Of a stretch of DNA of 54,040 nucleotides, positions 10,362-20,081 are shown in pieces. The DNA is taken from positions 6,463-60,502 of the forward strand of contig CAZZLY010000007.1 of assembly GCA_964655175.1 (NCBI GenBank), in the 5' to 3' direction. The position numbers were made by a program, and so were the translations under genes. The first letter of the stretch is position 1; each line of letters opens with the position of its first letter. The notes under the pieces are model-generated. The model saw only the letters and a program-made list of their open reading frames with translations. It was not told the origin of the DNA and did not search any database. Source of the stretch: an uncultured bacterium (GTDB lineage Bacteria > Eisenbacteria > RBG-16-71-46).

Positions 10362-13300
10362 ATGATGCGTCGGTACTCGCTGCTGCTCGTCGTTCTCGCG
10401 CTGGCCTCGTCGGCCGGCCTCACCCACGCAGCCAAGGCCCCGGCGCCGTGGCGTCCCAACACCGCAGCGGCCGCCAAGCCGGCGCCGACGCCCACGGTGG
10501 ACACGCCGATCGACGAGGACCCGGACCTGCCCGGTGCGCTGGGCGGCTTCCCCGACAAGCAGGCCTACCTGCAGGCGCGGTCGGACTTCTTCATGCGCCG
10601 CTTCGATGACGCCTCCTACGACCGCATCATCGCGGGTCAGTTGGCGGGTATCGATCAGCTGCGTCGCCAGCTGCGGCAGCAGGGGCCGTTCATCTCGGCG
10701 TCGGCGTGGGCCGCGATCGGACCCGCGCCCATCCCCAACGGCCAGACGACCACGACCTCGACCGCGATCAGCGGCCGCGTGACGGCGATCGTCGTGCATC
10801 CGACCAACCCCGACCTCGTCTACGTGGGTCTGGCGCAGGGCGGCGTGTGGCGTTCGGCCGACGGTGGCCTCAACTGGACCCCGCTCTTCGATCAGCAGGC
10901 CACGCTCGCGATCGGTTCGCTCGCGCTGGCGCCGTCGAACCCCGAGATCCTGTACGTCGGCTCGGGCGAGGCGAACCTGTCCGCGGACTCGTACTTCGGG
11001 CTCGGTCTGTATCGCATCGAGAACGCGAGCACGACCGCGGACGTGTACGGCCCGTTCAATCCCATCCCGACCACCGATGTGATCGGCGCCCGCACGTTCA
11101 CGGGCCGCTCCATCAGCAAGATCCTCGTGGATGCGGCCGACCCGGCGACCGTGTTCTGCGCCACCGCCAGCGGCATCGGCGGCATCAACGGCGAAGCGTT
11201 CGCCTCCGGCCCGCCGACCACCGCACTGCGCGGCGTGTATCGCAGCACCGACGCGACCTCGCCGTCGCCCTCGTTCCAGAAGCTGACCGTGACCGCCGCG
11301 GCCAGCATCGCACCCGACGTGAGCGGCAACGCGATCGTCAACGACATCGTGTACGCGCCCGGCGATGCGACCGGCAACACGATCGTGGCGTGGGTGTACG
11401 GCAGCACCACGGTCGGCAACGGCGGCATCTACCGCACCACCAACGCCAAGGCGGCGACCCCGACGTTCACGCAGGTGTTCACCACGACCACCGCGAGCGT
11501 GCGCGGGGCGTTCGCGACCACCGCTGCCGGTGGCGCCAATCGCATCATCGTCGGCACCGGCGAGGCGGCCACGGGCACGTCGTGCACCACCGCCAACGGC
11601 GTGCTGCGCGTCTCGCGCGACGGCGGCGCGACCTGGTCGGGCAAGCTCGCCGGCGGTGGTGGCTACTGCGGCGCTCAGTGCTTCTACGACCTGCCGGTCG
11701 CCACCAGCCCCACGGACACGAGCCTCATCCTCATCGGCGGTGCGGGCAACTCCACCTGCTCGCGCGTGTACGCGCGCTCGACCAACGCCGGTGCCTCGTT
11801 CACGGGCTCGGGCGGTGCCGACGTGGGCCTGCACGCCGACGCGCACGCGATCGTGTTCGCCCCGTCGAACCCGAGCATCGTGTACCAGGGCAACGACGGC
11901 GGCATCTGGCGTTCGGCCGACGGTGGCGCGACCTGGTCGAGCCGCAACACGAACCTGTGCGCGGCCCAGTACATGGGCATCGCGCTGCACCCGACCGACG
12001 CCAACTTCACGATCGGTGGCACGCAGGACAACGGCACGCACTGGTACAAGCCGGACGGCACGTGGATCCGCGCGGACTTCGGTGACGGCGGCTTCGCGGT
12101 GATCGATCAGAACGCCGCGAACACCTCGGCCGTGTCCATGTACCACACGTACTACAACTCGCGGAACGCGCTCGTGGGTTACGCGCGCGTGACCAGCACC
12201 GCGTCGGCCACGGACAACGGTTGGACGTTCCTGGGCAACGGCTCCAACGGCATCGCGCTCGCCGAGAACCCCAACTTCTACGCGCCGCTCGTGCGCGGGC
12301 CGGGCAACCCGAACACGATCTACTACGGCACCGATCGTCTTCACCGTTCGGCCGACGGCGGCGCGACGAACCCCGTCGTCAGCCAGGCGCCGATCGCGGT
12401 CTCGGGCACGCTGGGTTCGCCGATCAGCGCCATCGGCATCGCGCCCTCGAACGACAACGTGCGTCTGGTGGGCCTCAACAACTTCCAGCTCTGGGGCACG
12501 GCGACGGGCTCGAGCGTGCTCACGAACATGACGCAGGCCGGCATGCCGTCGCACACGATCGGCGCGCTGCGCTTCGACCCGAACAACCCGGACGTGGCCT
12601 ACGTGGGTTACGGCGGTTTCGGGATCGCCGCGGGGCAGCACGTGTGGAAGACCAGCAACTTCACGACCGGCACGCCGACGTGGACCGCGGCGGGCAACGG
12701 CCTGCCGGACGTGCCCGTCAACTGCATCACGATCGACAACGTCTCGTCGTCGCGCCTGTGGGCCGGCACCGACATCGGCGTGTACCAGAGCAACGACGGC
12801 GGTGCGAACTGGACGCCCTACACGACCGGCATGCCCGTCTCGGCCGTGTTCGGCATGGAACTGCACCCGGTGCACCGCATCCTGCGCGTCTCGACGCACG
12901 GCCGTGGCATGTTCGAGCGGCTCGTGGACGTTCCGGTCGCCACGCAGGTGTCGCTCGTCGGGACCGAGATCGTGGACGGCCACCCGCGTCTGACGTGGTT
13001 CTCGGCGGACGGCGCCAACGAACTCATGCGCGTGTACCGCCGCGCGGTGCCCGGCCCGTGGGAGTCCATGGGCGACGTGAGCGCCGACGGCAGCGGCATG
13101 ATCGTGGTCGAGGACGTCAACACGATCCCCGGTCGCAGCTACGAGTACCGCCTCGGTCTGTTCGGACCGCACGGTGAGCAGCTCAAGGGCCAGACCTGGG
13201 TGGACGTGCCCGAGGCGGCGGTGTTCGCGCTGCGCCGCGAGGCCGGTTCGGATCAGGTCCTGCGCTTCGGCGTCACGTTGCCGCGCACGGGCGATGCGAG

Positions 13301-13475
13301 CCTCGAACTGCTCGACGTGGCGGGCCGTCGTCTGGAGGCGCTCGACCTCTCGGCGTTGGCGGCCGGCGATCACCAGCTGCAGTTCCGCGTCGCCCAGCGC
13401 AAGCCCGGCATGTACTGGGCCCGGCTGCGTCAGGGCGACCACATGCTCTCGACCAAGGTGGTGCTCGTCCGCTGA
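10362..13475 (+). CDS. Large secreted Asp-box (BNR) beta-propeller protein (VPS10/glycosyl hydrolase-like) with C-terminal FlgD-Ig/T9SS-type sorting-like domain
   Basis: Signal peptide. Repeats WRSADGGLNW, VSRDGGATW, RSTNAGASF, WRSADGGATW, HRSADGG and YQSNDGGANW. HAD.H, GGTQDNG and THGRG motifs. C-terminus LDVAGRRL...PGMYWARL. Confidence 0.8.
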   Translation: MMRRYSLLLVVLALASSAGLTHAAKAPAPWRPNTAAAAKPAPTPTVDTPIDEDPDLPGALGGFPDKQAYLQARSDFFMRRFDDASYDRIIAGQLAGIDQLRRQLRQQGPFISASAWAAIGPAPIPNGQTTTTSTAISGRVTAIVVHPTNPDLVYVGLAQGGVWRSADGGLNWTPLFDQQATLAIGSLALAPSNPEILYVGSGEANLSADSYFGLGLYRIENASTTADVYGPFNPIPTTDVIGARTFTGRSISKILVDAADPATVFCATASGIGGINGEAFASGPPTTALRGVYRSTDATSPSPSFQKLTVTAAASIAPDVSGNAIVNDIVYAPGDATGNTIVAWVYGSTTVGNGGIYRTTNAKAATPTFTQVFTTTTASVRGAFATTAAGGANRIIVGTGEAATGTSCTTANGVLRVSRDGGATWSGKLAGGGGYCGAQCFYDLPVATSPTDTSLILIGGAGNSTCSRVYARSTNAGASFTGSGGADVGLHADAHAIVFAPSNPSIVYQGNDGGIWRSADGGATWSSRNTNLCAAQYMGIALHPTDANFTIGGTQDNGTHWYKPDGTWIRADFGDGGFAVIDQNAANTSAVSMYHTYYNSRNALVGYARVTSTASATDNGWTFLGNGSNGIALAENPNFYAPLVRGPGNPNTIYYGTDRLHRSADGGATNPVVSQAPIAVSGTLGSPISAIGIAPSNDNVRLVGLNNFQLWGTATGSSVLTNMTQAGMPSHTIGALRFDPNNPDVAYVGYGGFGIAAGQHVWKTSNFTTGTPTWTAAGNGLPDVPVNCITIDNVSSSRLWAGTDIGVYQSNDGGANWTPYTTGMPVSAVFGMELHPVHRILRVSTHGRGMFERLVDVPVATQVSLVGTEIVDGHPRLTWFSADGANELMRVYRRAVPGPWESMGDVSADGSGMIVVEDVNTIPGRSYEYRLGLFGPHGEQLKGQTWVDVPEAAVFALRREAGSDQVLRFGVTLPRTGDASLELLDVAGRRLEALDLSALAAGDHQLQFRVAQRKPGMYWARLRQGDHMLSTKVVLVR

Positions 13476-13498
13476 TCGGACGCCGCCGCGCAGGACCC

Positions 13499-13536
13499 GG
13501 ACGGCCGCTCCCGCACCTCGCGGGGGCGGCCGTTCC
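13499..13536 (+). terminator. GC-rich hairpin after the propeller gene
   Basis: GGACGGCCGCTCCCGC-ACCTC-GCGGGGGCGGCCGTTCC inverted repeat. No U-tract. Confidence 0.5.
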
Positions 13537-13666
13537 GCATCCCCGGGGCGGGACCGCGCGACGGGCGGCCGGGCGGGCTTTGGGCTATCCTCGCCGCGCT
13601 CGAGATCCCCTCGTCGCGTCCCCGGTCGCCCCGCGCCCGGGGCGCCGCCCCGTACCCGGAGATCGG

Positions 13667-16384
13667 ATGTCCTCGTCCAGCACGCTCAAGACCGGCGCCG
13701 AACTGCGTCGCGCCTTCCTCGACTTCTTCGTGCGCAACGGCCACACCGAGGTGCCGTCCTCGCCGCTCGTGCCGCACGGCGACCCGACGCTCATGTTCAC
13801 CACGGCCGGCATGGTGCAGTTCAAGCCGTACTACACGGCCACGGGCGACGTGCCGTACACGCGTGCGACCTCGGTGCAGAAGTGCCTGCGCCTGACCGAC
13901 CTGGACAACGTCGGGCTCACGCCGCGCCACGACACGTTCTTCGAGATGCTGGGCAACTTCTCGTTCGGTCCCCGCGCCAAGGGCGCGTACTTCAAGGAGG
14001 AGGCCACCGCCCTCGCGTGGGAGTTCGTCACGAAGGTGCTGGGCCTGCCCAAGGATCGGCTGTTCATCTCGATCTTCGGCGGTGAGCCGGGCGTGCCGCG
14101 CGACGACGAGGCGGCGGCACTGTGGGTCAAGCTGGGCCTGCCCGAGTCGCACCTGGTGGCGTTGGGCCGCAAGGACAACTTCTGGGGTCCCGCCGGCGGT
14201 GCCGGCGCGTGCGGTCCGTGCAGCGAGCTGTACTTCGACCTCGGCGAGAAGCGCCCGGACTACCTGCCCAAGGACGCGTTCTGGGGCGAGGCGCCCGGCG
14301 ACGCGGGCGATCGCTACATGGAGTTCTGGAACCTCGTGTTCCCGCAGTTCGACGCGCAGCCGGACGGCGAGCTTCGCCTGCTGCCCAACCCCGGCATCGA
14401 CACGGGCATGGGCATCGAGCGGCTCGCGTTGATCATGCAGGGCAAGAACACGATCTTCGAGACCGACCTGTTCTCGTCGCTCGTCGAGTCGGTGCTGTCC
14501 AAGGCGACGCTCACCAAGGGCAACCTCAAGGCCGCCACGCGCGACGCCCGCATCATCGCCGACCACGTGCGCGCCCTGTCGTTCGCGATCGCCGAGGGCG
14601 CGCTGCCGGGCAACGAGGGCGCCGGCTACGTGCTGCGGCGCCTGCTGCGGCGCGCCGTCACGCGCGGCCGCTCCGAGCAGGGGCTGGCGCTCGACGGACC
14701 GTTCTTCGCCGACGTCGCCGGCCGCGCCATCGCACTGTTCGGTGGGCACTACACCGAACTGTTCACGCATCGCGAGCGCATCCTGCGCCTGCTCGATCAG
14801 GAGGAGGTCGCCTTCGGTCAGACCTACCACGCGGGCATGGAGCGGCTCGAGAAGCTGCTCGCGCAGGGGTACACCGAGCTCCCGGGGCACGAGGCGTTCG
14901 TGCTGCACGACACGTTCGGTTTCCCGTTCGAGCTCACCGAGGAGATCGCCGCCTCGCGCAACGTGACCGTGGACCGCGACGGCTTCAACGCCTCGATGGA
15001 GGCGCAGCGCGAGCGCGCCCGCTCCGCGAGCCGGTTCCTGCGCGACACCGGCAGCGAGCAGCGGCCGTGGACGCAGGTGAGCGAGGGCCCGGACTCCGTG
15101 TTCCTGGGCTACGACACGCTGCGTGCCGACGATCTCACGATCCGCATGTGCCGCGTGTACGGCGAGGATCTGGAACTCGTGCTCGATCGCACGCCCTGCT
15201 ACCCCGAGTCGGGCGGCCAGGTGAGCGACTCGGGCGAGCTGCATCTGGGGAACTATCGCGCCGGGCTGCTGCTCGTGTACCGCGAGGGGCCGCACATCGT
15301 GCACCGCGTCTCGGTCTCGGTGGGCGACAACGACCCGTTCGTGGCGGCGGGTGCCAAGGGCGGGCTCACGGCGATCGTGGACGCGGCCAAGCGCCAGTCC
15401 ACGCAGCGCCATCACACCGCGACGCACCTGCTGCACGCGGCGCTGCGCACGGTGCTGGGCGAGCACGTGCATCAGGCCGGCTCGCTCGTCGCGCCCGACC
15501 GGCTGCGCTTCGACTACTCGCACTTCGAGGCGCCCGCGCCGCTCGAGGCCGCGATCATCGAGCAGCGCGTCAACGATTGGATCATGGCCAACACCGAGGT
15601 GAGCTGGCGCGAGATGCCGATCGCCGAGGCCAAGGCGCAGGGCGCCATGGCGCTGTTCGGCGAGAAGTACGGCGAGCGCGTCCGCATGGTGACGGTCGAG
15701 GGTGTGGGCGAGGCGGACATCGCCGCCTCGCGCGAATTGTGCGGCGGCACCCACGTGCGTCGCACCGGTGACATCGGTCTGTTCGTGGTGACCGACGAGA
15801 GCGCGGTCGCGAGCGGTGTGCGACGCATCGAGGCGCTGTGCGGCCCGGCCGCGCGCACGTGGTTGCTCGACGCGCACGGCACGCTGGCGACCATCCTCGA
15901 CATGCTCGAGTCGCCGCAGCATCGCGTCGTCGAGAACATCGGCAAGCTGCAGGACGAGTTGGCGCTGCTCAAGAAGCAGGTGACGCAGGCCAGCAAGCAG
16001 GGTCTCGAGGCGCAGCTGGTGCAGTTGGCCGGCACGGCCACGCAGGCGGCCGGTGGGCGCTGGTTGGTCGCCCGCATCGACACGCCGGCCGAGACGAACG
16101 CCGTGCGCGACGCCGCCGACAAGCTGCGTGGCGCGCTCGGACGCGGCGCGGCCGTGCTGGCGATCGTCAACGAGACCAAGTTCTCGTTCCTGGCGCTCGT
16201 GTCGGACGACCTCGTCGCCGAGAAGAAGCTGCGCGCCGACGAACTGGTGCGCGCGGTGGCCGCGGTCACGGGCGGATCGGGCGGCGGCAAGCCGCACCTG
16301 TCGCTCGCGGGCGGGCGCGACATGGGGCAGCTCGACGCCGCGCTGGATCTCGCGCGTCAGAAGTTGGCCGAGGCGTTCGCGTGA
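13667..16384 (+). CDS. alaS: Alanine--tRNA ligase
   Basis: DPTLMFTTAGMVQFK, RHDTFFEMLGNFSFG, IDTGMGIER, editing HHTATHLLH...ELCGGTH and GGSGGG motifs. Confidence 0.98.
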   Translation: MSSSSTLKTGAELRRAFLDFFVRNGHTEVPSSPLVPHGDPTLMFTTAGMVQFKPYYTATGDVPYTRATSVQKCLRLTDLDNVGLTPRHDTFFEMLGNFSFGPRAKGAYFKEEATALAWEFVTKVLGLPKDRLFISIFGGEPGVPRDDEAAALWVKLGLPESHLVALGRKDNFWGPAGGAGACGPCSELYFDLGEKRPDYLPKDAFWGEAPGDAGDRYMEFWNLVFPQFDAQPDGELRLLPNPGIDTGMGIERLALIMQGKNTIFETDLFSSLVESVLSKATLTKGNLKAATRDARIIADHVRALSFAIAEGALPGNEGAGYVLRRLLRRAVTRGRSEQGLALDGPFFADVAGRAIALFGGHYTELFTHRERILRLLDQEEVAFGQTYHAGMERLEKLLAQGYTELPGHEAFVLHDTFGFPFELTEEIAASRNVTVDRDGFNASMEAQRERARSASRFLRDTGSEQRPWTQVSEGPDSVFLGYDTLRADDLTIRMCRVYGEDLELVLDRTPCYPESGGQVSDSGELHLGNYRAGLLLVYREGPHIVHRVSVSVGDNDPFVAAGAKGGLTAIVDAAKRQSTQRHHTATHLLHAALRTVLGEHVHQAGSLVAPDRLRFDYSHFEAPAPLEAAIIEQRVNDWIMANTEVSWREMPIAEAKAQGAMALFGEKYGERVRMVTVEGVGEADIAASRELCGGTHVRRTGDIGLFVVTDESAVASGVRRIEALCGPAARTWLLDAHGTLATILDMLESPQHRVVENIGKLQDELALLKKQVTQASKQGLEAQLVQLAGTATQAAGGRWLVARIDTPAETNAVRDAADKLRGALGRGAAVLAIVNETKFSFLALVSDDLVAEKKLRADELVRAVAAVTGGSGGGKPHLSLAGGRDMGQLDAALDLARQKLAEAFA

Positions 16385-16467
16385 GCGGGCGCGAGTTGGT
16401 GGCCATGATCATCATGGCCCTGTTCATCATCGTCGGATTCCTGTGGCACATGAGGAACAAACATTGA
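16381..16467 (+). CDS. Putative 28-aa single-TM microprotein (MSGRELVAMIIMALFIIVGFLWHMRNKH)
   Basis: GTGA overlap with the alaS stop and TTGA overlap with the rfbA start. It exactly fills the gap, with a hydrophobic core, basic tail and host-like codons. Confidence 0.6.
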   Translation: MSGRELVAMIIMALFIIVGFLWHMRNKH

Positions 16468-17588
16468 AGGCTCTCGTCCTCGCGGGCGGTCGCGGCACGC
16501 GACTGCGCCCCATCACGCACACGCGCGCCAAGCAGTTGGTGCCCGTCGCCAACAAGCCGGTGCTGTACTACGGGCTCGAGGCCATCGCCGCCGCCGGTAT
16601 CCGTGAGGTCGGCATCATCGTGAGCGACCCGCGCGAGCTGCTGCAGCCCGACCATCGCACCGGCGAGCTCGTCACCACGCTCGTGAACTCGCAGGCCGAG
16701 ATCCGTGCGGCCGTCGGCGACGGCTCGCAGTTCGGGCTCAAGGTCACGTACCTCGAGCAGGAGGCGCCGCTCGGTCTGGCACACGCGGTCAAGATCGCCG
16801 AGGACTTCATGGCCGGCGATTCGTTCGTCATGTACCTGGGCGACAACCTCATCAAGGACGGCATCGTGCCGTTCGTGCAGGAGTTCGAGCGCGAGAAGCC
16901 CGAGGCGCAGATCCTGCTGGCCAAGGTGTCGCGGCCGTGGGAGTTCGGCGTCGCCGAGCTCGAGGGCGATCGCGTCGTCCGTCTCGAGGAGAAGCCCAAG
17001 CAGCCGCGCAGCGACCTCGCGCTCGTGGGTGTCTACCTGTTCACCAAGTCCATCTTCGACGCGGTCCGGGCCATCAAGCCGTCCGCGCGCGGCGAGCTCG
17101 AGATCACCGACGCCATCCAGCACCTCATCACCACCGGGCGCAACGTGCACTCGCACGTCATCCACGGCTGGTGGAAGGACACGGGGCGCGTCGAGGACCT
17201 GCTCGAGGCCAACCGCATCGTGCTCGCCGACCTCGTCACCGAGATCCACGGCACCGTGGATGCCACCACCGTCATCGAGGGCCCGGTCTTCATCGGCCCG
17301 GGCAGCACGGTGACGGGCTCGCGCCTGCGCGGCCCGCTCGTGATCGGTGCGGGGGCGCACATCGAGAACGCCTACATCGGCCCGTTCAGCGCCCTCGCGG
17401 ACGGCGTGCGCGTGGAACAGTGCGAGGTCGAGCACTCGATCGTCCTGGACCGCAGCCAGCTGCTGCGCATCGAGGGCCGCATCGAGTCGAGCCTGATCGG
17501 TCGCGACGTCGTGGTCACCGCGAGCGACTCGCGCCCGAGCGCACACCGTTTCATGCTCGGCGACTCGAGCCGGGTGGAGTTGGCGTGA
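16464..17588 (+). CDS. rfbA: Glucose-1-phosphate thymidylyltransferase (long form)
   Basis: KALVLAGGRGTRLRPIT, AKQLVPVANKP, PLGLAHAV, LGDN, EEKP, PSARGELEITDAI and WKDTG motifs. C-terminal beta-helix. GAGGA RBS with TTG start. Confidence 0.92.
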   Translation: MKALVLAGGRGTRLRPITHTRAKQLVPVANKPVLYYGLEAIAAAGIREVGIIVSDPRELLQPDHRTGELVTTLVNSQAEIRAAVGDGSQFGLKVTYLEQEAPLGLAHAVKIAEDFMAGDSFVMYLGDNLIKDGIVPFVQEFEREKPEAQILLAKVSRPWEFGVAELEGDRVVRLEEKPKQPRSDLALVGVYLFTKSIFDAVRAIKPSARGELEITDAIQHLITTGRNVHSHVIHGWWKDTGRVEDLLEANRIVLADLVTEIHGTVDATTVIEGPVFIGPGSTVTGSRLRGPLVIGAGAHIENAYIGPFSALADGVRVEQCEVEHSIVLDRSQLLRIEGRIESSLIGRDVVVTASDSRPSAHRFMLGDSSRVELA

Positions 17589-18439
17589 AGGTGCTGGTCA
17601 CGGGCGCGGGCGGCATGCTCGCGCAGGCGGTGATCCCGGCGCTGACGGCCGCGGGGCACACCGTGACCGCGCATGCGCGCGCCACGCTCGACGTGACGCG
17701 GCTCGACGACGTGCGTCGCGCGGTCGACGCGGCCCGCCCCGACTGGGTCTGCCATCTGGCCGCCCACACGAACGTGGACGGCTGCGAGAGCGACGTCGAG
17801 AACGCCTTCCTCGTGAACGGCGTCGGTGCGCGCAACGCGAGTGCCGCCGCCTACGAGGTCGGTGCCGCGGTGCTCGCGGTCTCGACCGACTACGTGTTCC
17901 CGGGACACGAGCCCACGCCGCGTCGCGAGTACGACGCGATCGGGCCCGTGTCGGTGTACGGCCGCAGCAAGTGGGCGGGGGAGTGCGGCGTGCGCGAGAC
18001 GAATCCGCGGCACGCGATCGTGCGTACCGCCTGGCTCTACGGTCAGGGCGGACGCAACTTCGTCGACACGATCCGCGCCAAGGCGCTCGCCGGCGGTCCG
18101 CTCGCGGTGGTGGACGACCAGCACGGCGCGCCCACCTGGACCGCGGACCTCGCCGCGGCGCTCGTCACGCTCATGGAGCGCGGCGCGCGCGGCACGCTGC
18201 ACGCGACCAACGCGGGTGCGTGCACGTGGCACGAGTTCGCGGTCGAGATCTGCCGTCTTGCGGGCGCGTCGATCGACGTCGCCACCCTGTCCAGTGCCGC
18301 GCTCGCGCGGCCCGCGCAGCGACCCACGTGGTCGGTGCTCGATCTGGGGACGCTCGAGCACGTGCTCGGTCGCCCCATGCCGCATTGGCGCGATGCCCTC
18401 GCGCGTTACATGGCGCAGCCGGTCCCGGCGCGCGTCTGA
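17585..18439 (+). CDS. rfbD: dTDP-4-dehydrorhamnose reductase
   Basis: VLVTGAGGML, AAHTNVDGCE, STDYVF, YGRSK, RTAWLYG, VVDDQHGAPT and A.RP..S.L motifs. Confidence 0.93.
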   Translation: MKVLVTGAGGMLAQAVIPALTAAGHTVTAHARATLDVTRLDDVRRAVDAARPDWVCHLAAHTNVDGCESDVENAFLVNGVGARNASAAAYEVGAAVLAVSTDYVFPGHEPTPRREYDAIGPVSVYGRSKWAGECGVRETNPRHAIVRTAWLYGQGGRNFVDTIRAKALAGGPLAVVDDQHGAPTWTADLAAALVTLMERGARGTLHATNAGACTWHEFAVEICRLAGASIDVATLSSAALARPAQRPTWSVLDLGTLEHVLGRPMPHWRDALARYMAQPVPARV

Positions 18440-18456
18440 CCCGAAAGGACCCTTGC

Positions 18457-19194
18457 ATGGCCTCCGCCAAGCGCATCGAACCCCGCAATCTCGAGGCCCA
18501 GGCCCGTGCCTCGCTCGCGGACAGCGTGCGCGCGCTCACGCAGGTCGCGCAGCACAACGCCACCGCCGTCGCCGCCGCCGCCGAGATGCTGATCGGCTGC
18601 TTCGAGGACGGGGGCACCGTGTACTTCTGCGGGAACGGCGGCAGTGCCGCCGACGCGCAGCATCTCGCGGCCGAGTTCTCGGGGCGCTATCTGGTGGATC
18701 GTCCGGGCCTGCCCGCGGTGGCGTTGACCGCCAACTCGTCCGCGGTCACGGCGATCGGCAACGACTACGGCTACGACGCGGTGTTCTCGCGCCAGCTCGA
18801 GGGCTGCGGCGCGCCCGGGGACGTGCTCGTCGCGATCACCACCAGCGGCCGCTCCGAGAGCATCCGGCGCGCGGTGCGCACGGCGCAGCAGCTGGGTATG
18901 AACGTGATCGGGATGACCGGCGCCAAGGGGGCCGAGTTCGCGGCCATGTGCGACGTCGCCCTGGTGACGCCGAGCGCCTCGACGCCCAACATCCAGGAAG
19001 GGCACATCGCGATGGGGCACGCGTTCTGCCTCATCGTGGAGCGCACGATGTTCCCCGATGCGGCCGCCGGTGGCGGACCGCGACCCGCGAAGCGCACGGC
19101 GGCCGCACGCAAGCCCGCACGCAAGGTCGCGCGTAAGCCGGCCGCGCGCCCCGCGGGCAAGCGCAAGCCCGCCTCGCGGAGGACGTCGTCGTGA
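18457..19194 (+). CDS. gmhA: D-sedoheptulose-7-phosphate isomerase (SIS) with Lys/Arg/Ala-rich tail
   Basis: CGNGGSAADAQHLAAE, TAIGNDYGY..FSRQ, ITTSGRS and IQEGH motifs. Confidence 0.92.
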   Translation: MASAKRIEPRNLEAQARASLADSVRALTQVAQHNATAVAAAAEMLIGCFEDGGTVYFCGNGGSAADAQHLAAEFSGRYLVDRPGLPAVALTANSSAVTAIGNDYGYDAVFSRQLEGCGAPGDVLVAITTSGRSESIRRAVRTAQQLGMNVIGMTGAKGAEFAAMCDVALVTPSASTPNIQEGHIAMGHAFCLIVERTMFPDAAAGGGPRPAKRTAAARKPARKVARKPAARPAGKRKPASRRTSS

Positions 19195-20081
19195 TCGTCG
19201 CGCTCGTCGAGGCGCTGCGCCCCAAGCAGTGGACCAAGAACCTGCTCGTGTTCGTGGGCGTGGTGTTCTCGCAGCACGCCGGCGACCCGGTGCTGCTGCA
19301 GCGCGCGGCCGCCGGCTTCCTGGCGTTCTCGCTGCTCGCGGGCACGGTCTATCTCATCAACGACCTGCGCGACGTCGAGGCCGATCGCCAGCATCCGCGC
19401 AAGAAGCGTCGTCCGGTGGCCTCGGGGCGTCTCGCGGTGCCCGTGGCGTGGGCGGCGGTGCCCGTGCTGCTCGCGATCGTGGCCGCGATCGCGACGTGGC
19501 TCGGCGCCGGTTTCAGTGCCGTGCTCGTGGCCTACCTGGTGAGCAACTTCGCCTACAGCTTCGGCCTCAAGCATCAGGTCATCCTCGACGTGTTCCTGAT
19601 CGCGTCGGGCTTCGTGCTGCGTGCGGTCGCCGGTGTCGAACTGCTCAAGCCGGTCGCGCCCGAGACGGTGCTGTCGTCGTGGCTCCTGGTGTGCACGTTC
19701 TTCGGCGCGTTGTTCCTGGCCGTCTCCAAGCGGCAGCGCGAGATCGCCAACGCCGGCGCGGGGGCGACGCAGCAGCGCGCGGTGCTCGCCGTGTACACGC
19801 CCGAACTGCTCGACCGCATGCTCACGATCGCGGCCGCGAGCACGCTCATGTCGTACGCGCTCTACACGATCTGGCCGACCACCGTGGCCAAGTTCGGCAC
19901 CGAACAGCTCATCGTCACCGTGCCGGTGGTGGCGTACGGCGTGTTCCGTTATCTGCACCTCGTGAAGGTGTCCGAGACGAGCGAGGATCCCTCGCAGGTG
20001 CTGCTCACCGACCGCCCGATCCAGTTCACGGTGGCGACGTTCCTCGCGCTCGCCGTGTGGATCCTGTACCGCGCACGGTGA
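19191..20081 (+). CDS. UbiA-family decaprenyl-phosphate phosphoribosyltransferase-like protein
   Basis: LRPKQWTKNLLVF, YLINDLRDVEADRQHPRKKRRPVASG, YS..LKH..ILDV, KR..E and EDP..LLTD motifs. Confidence 0.88.
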   Translation: MIVALVEALRPKQWTKNLLVFVGVVFSQHAGDPVLLQRAAAGFLAFSLLAGTVYLINDLRDVEADRQHPRKKRRPVASGRLAVPVAWAAVPVLLAIVAAIATWLGAGFSAVLVAYLVSNFAYSFGLKHQVILDVFLIASGFVLRAVAGVELLKPVAPETVLSSWLLVCTFFGALFLAVSKRQREIANAGAGATQQRAVLAVYTPELLDRMLTIAAASTLMSYALYTIWPTTVAKFGTEQLIVTVPVVAYGVFRYLHLVKVSETSEDPSQVLLTDRPIQFTVATFLALAVWILYRAR

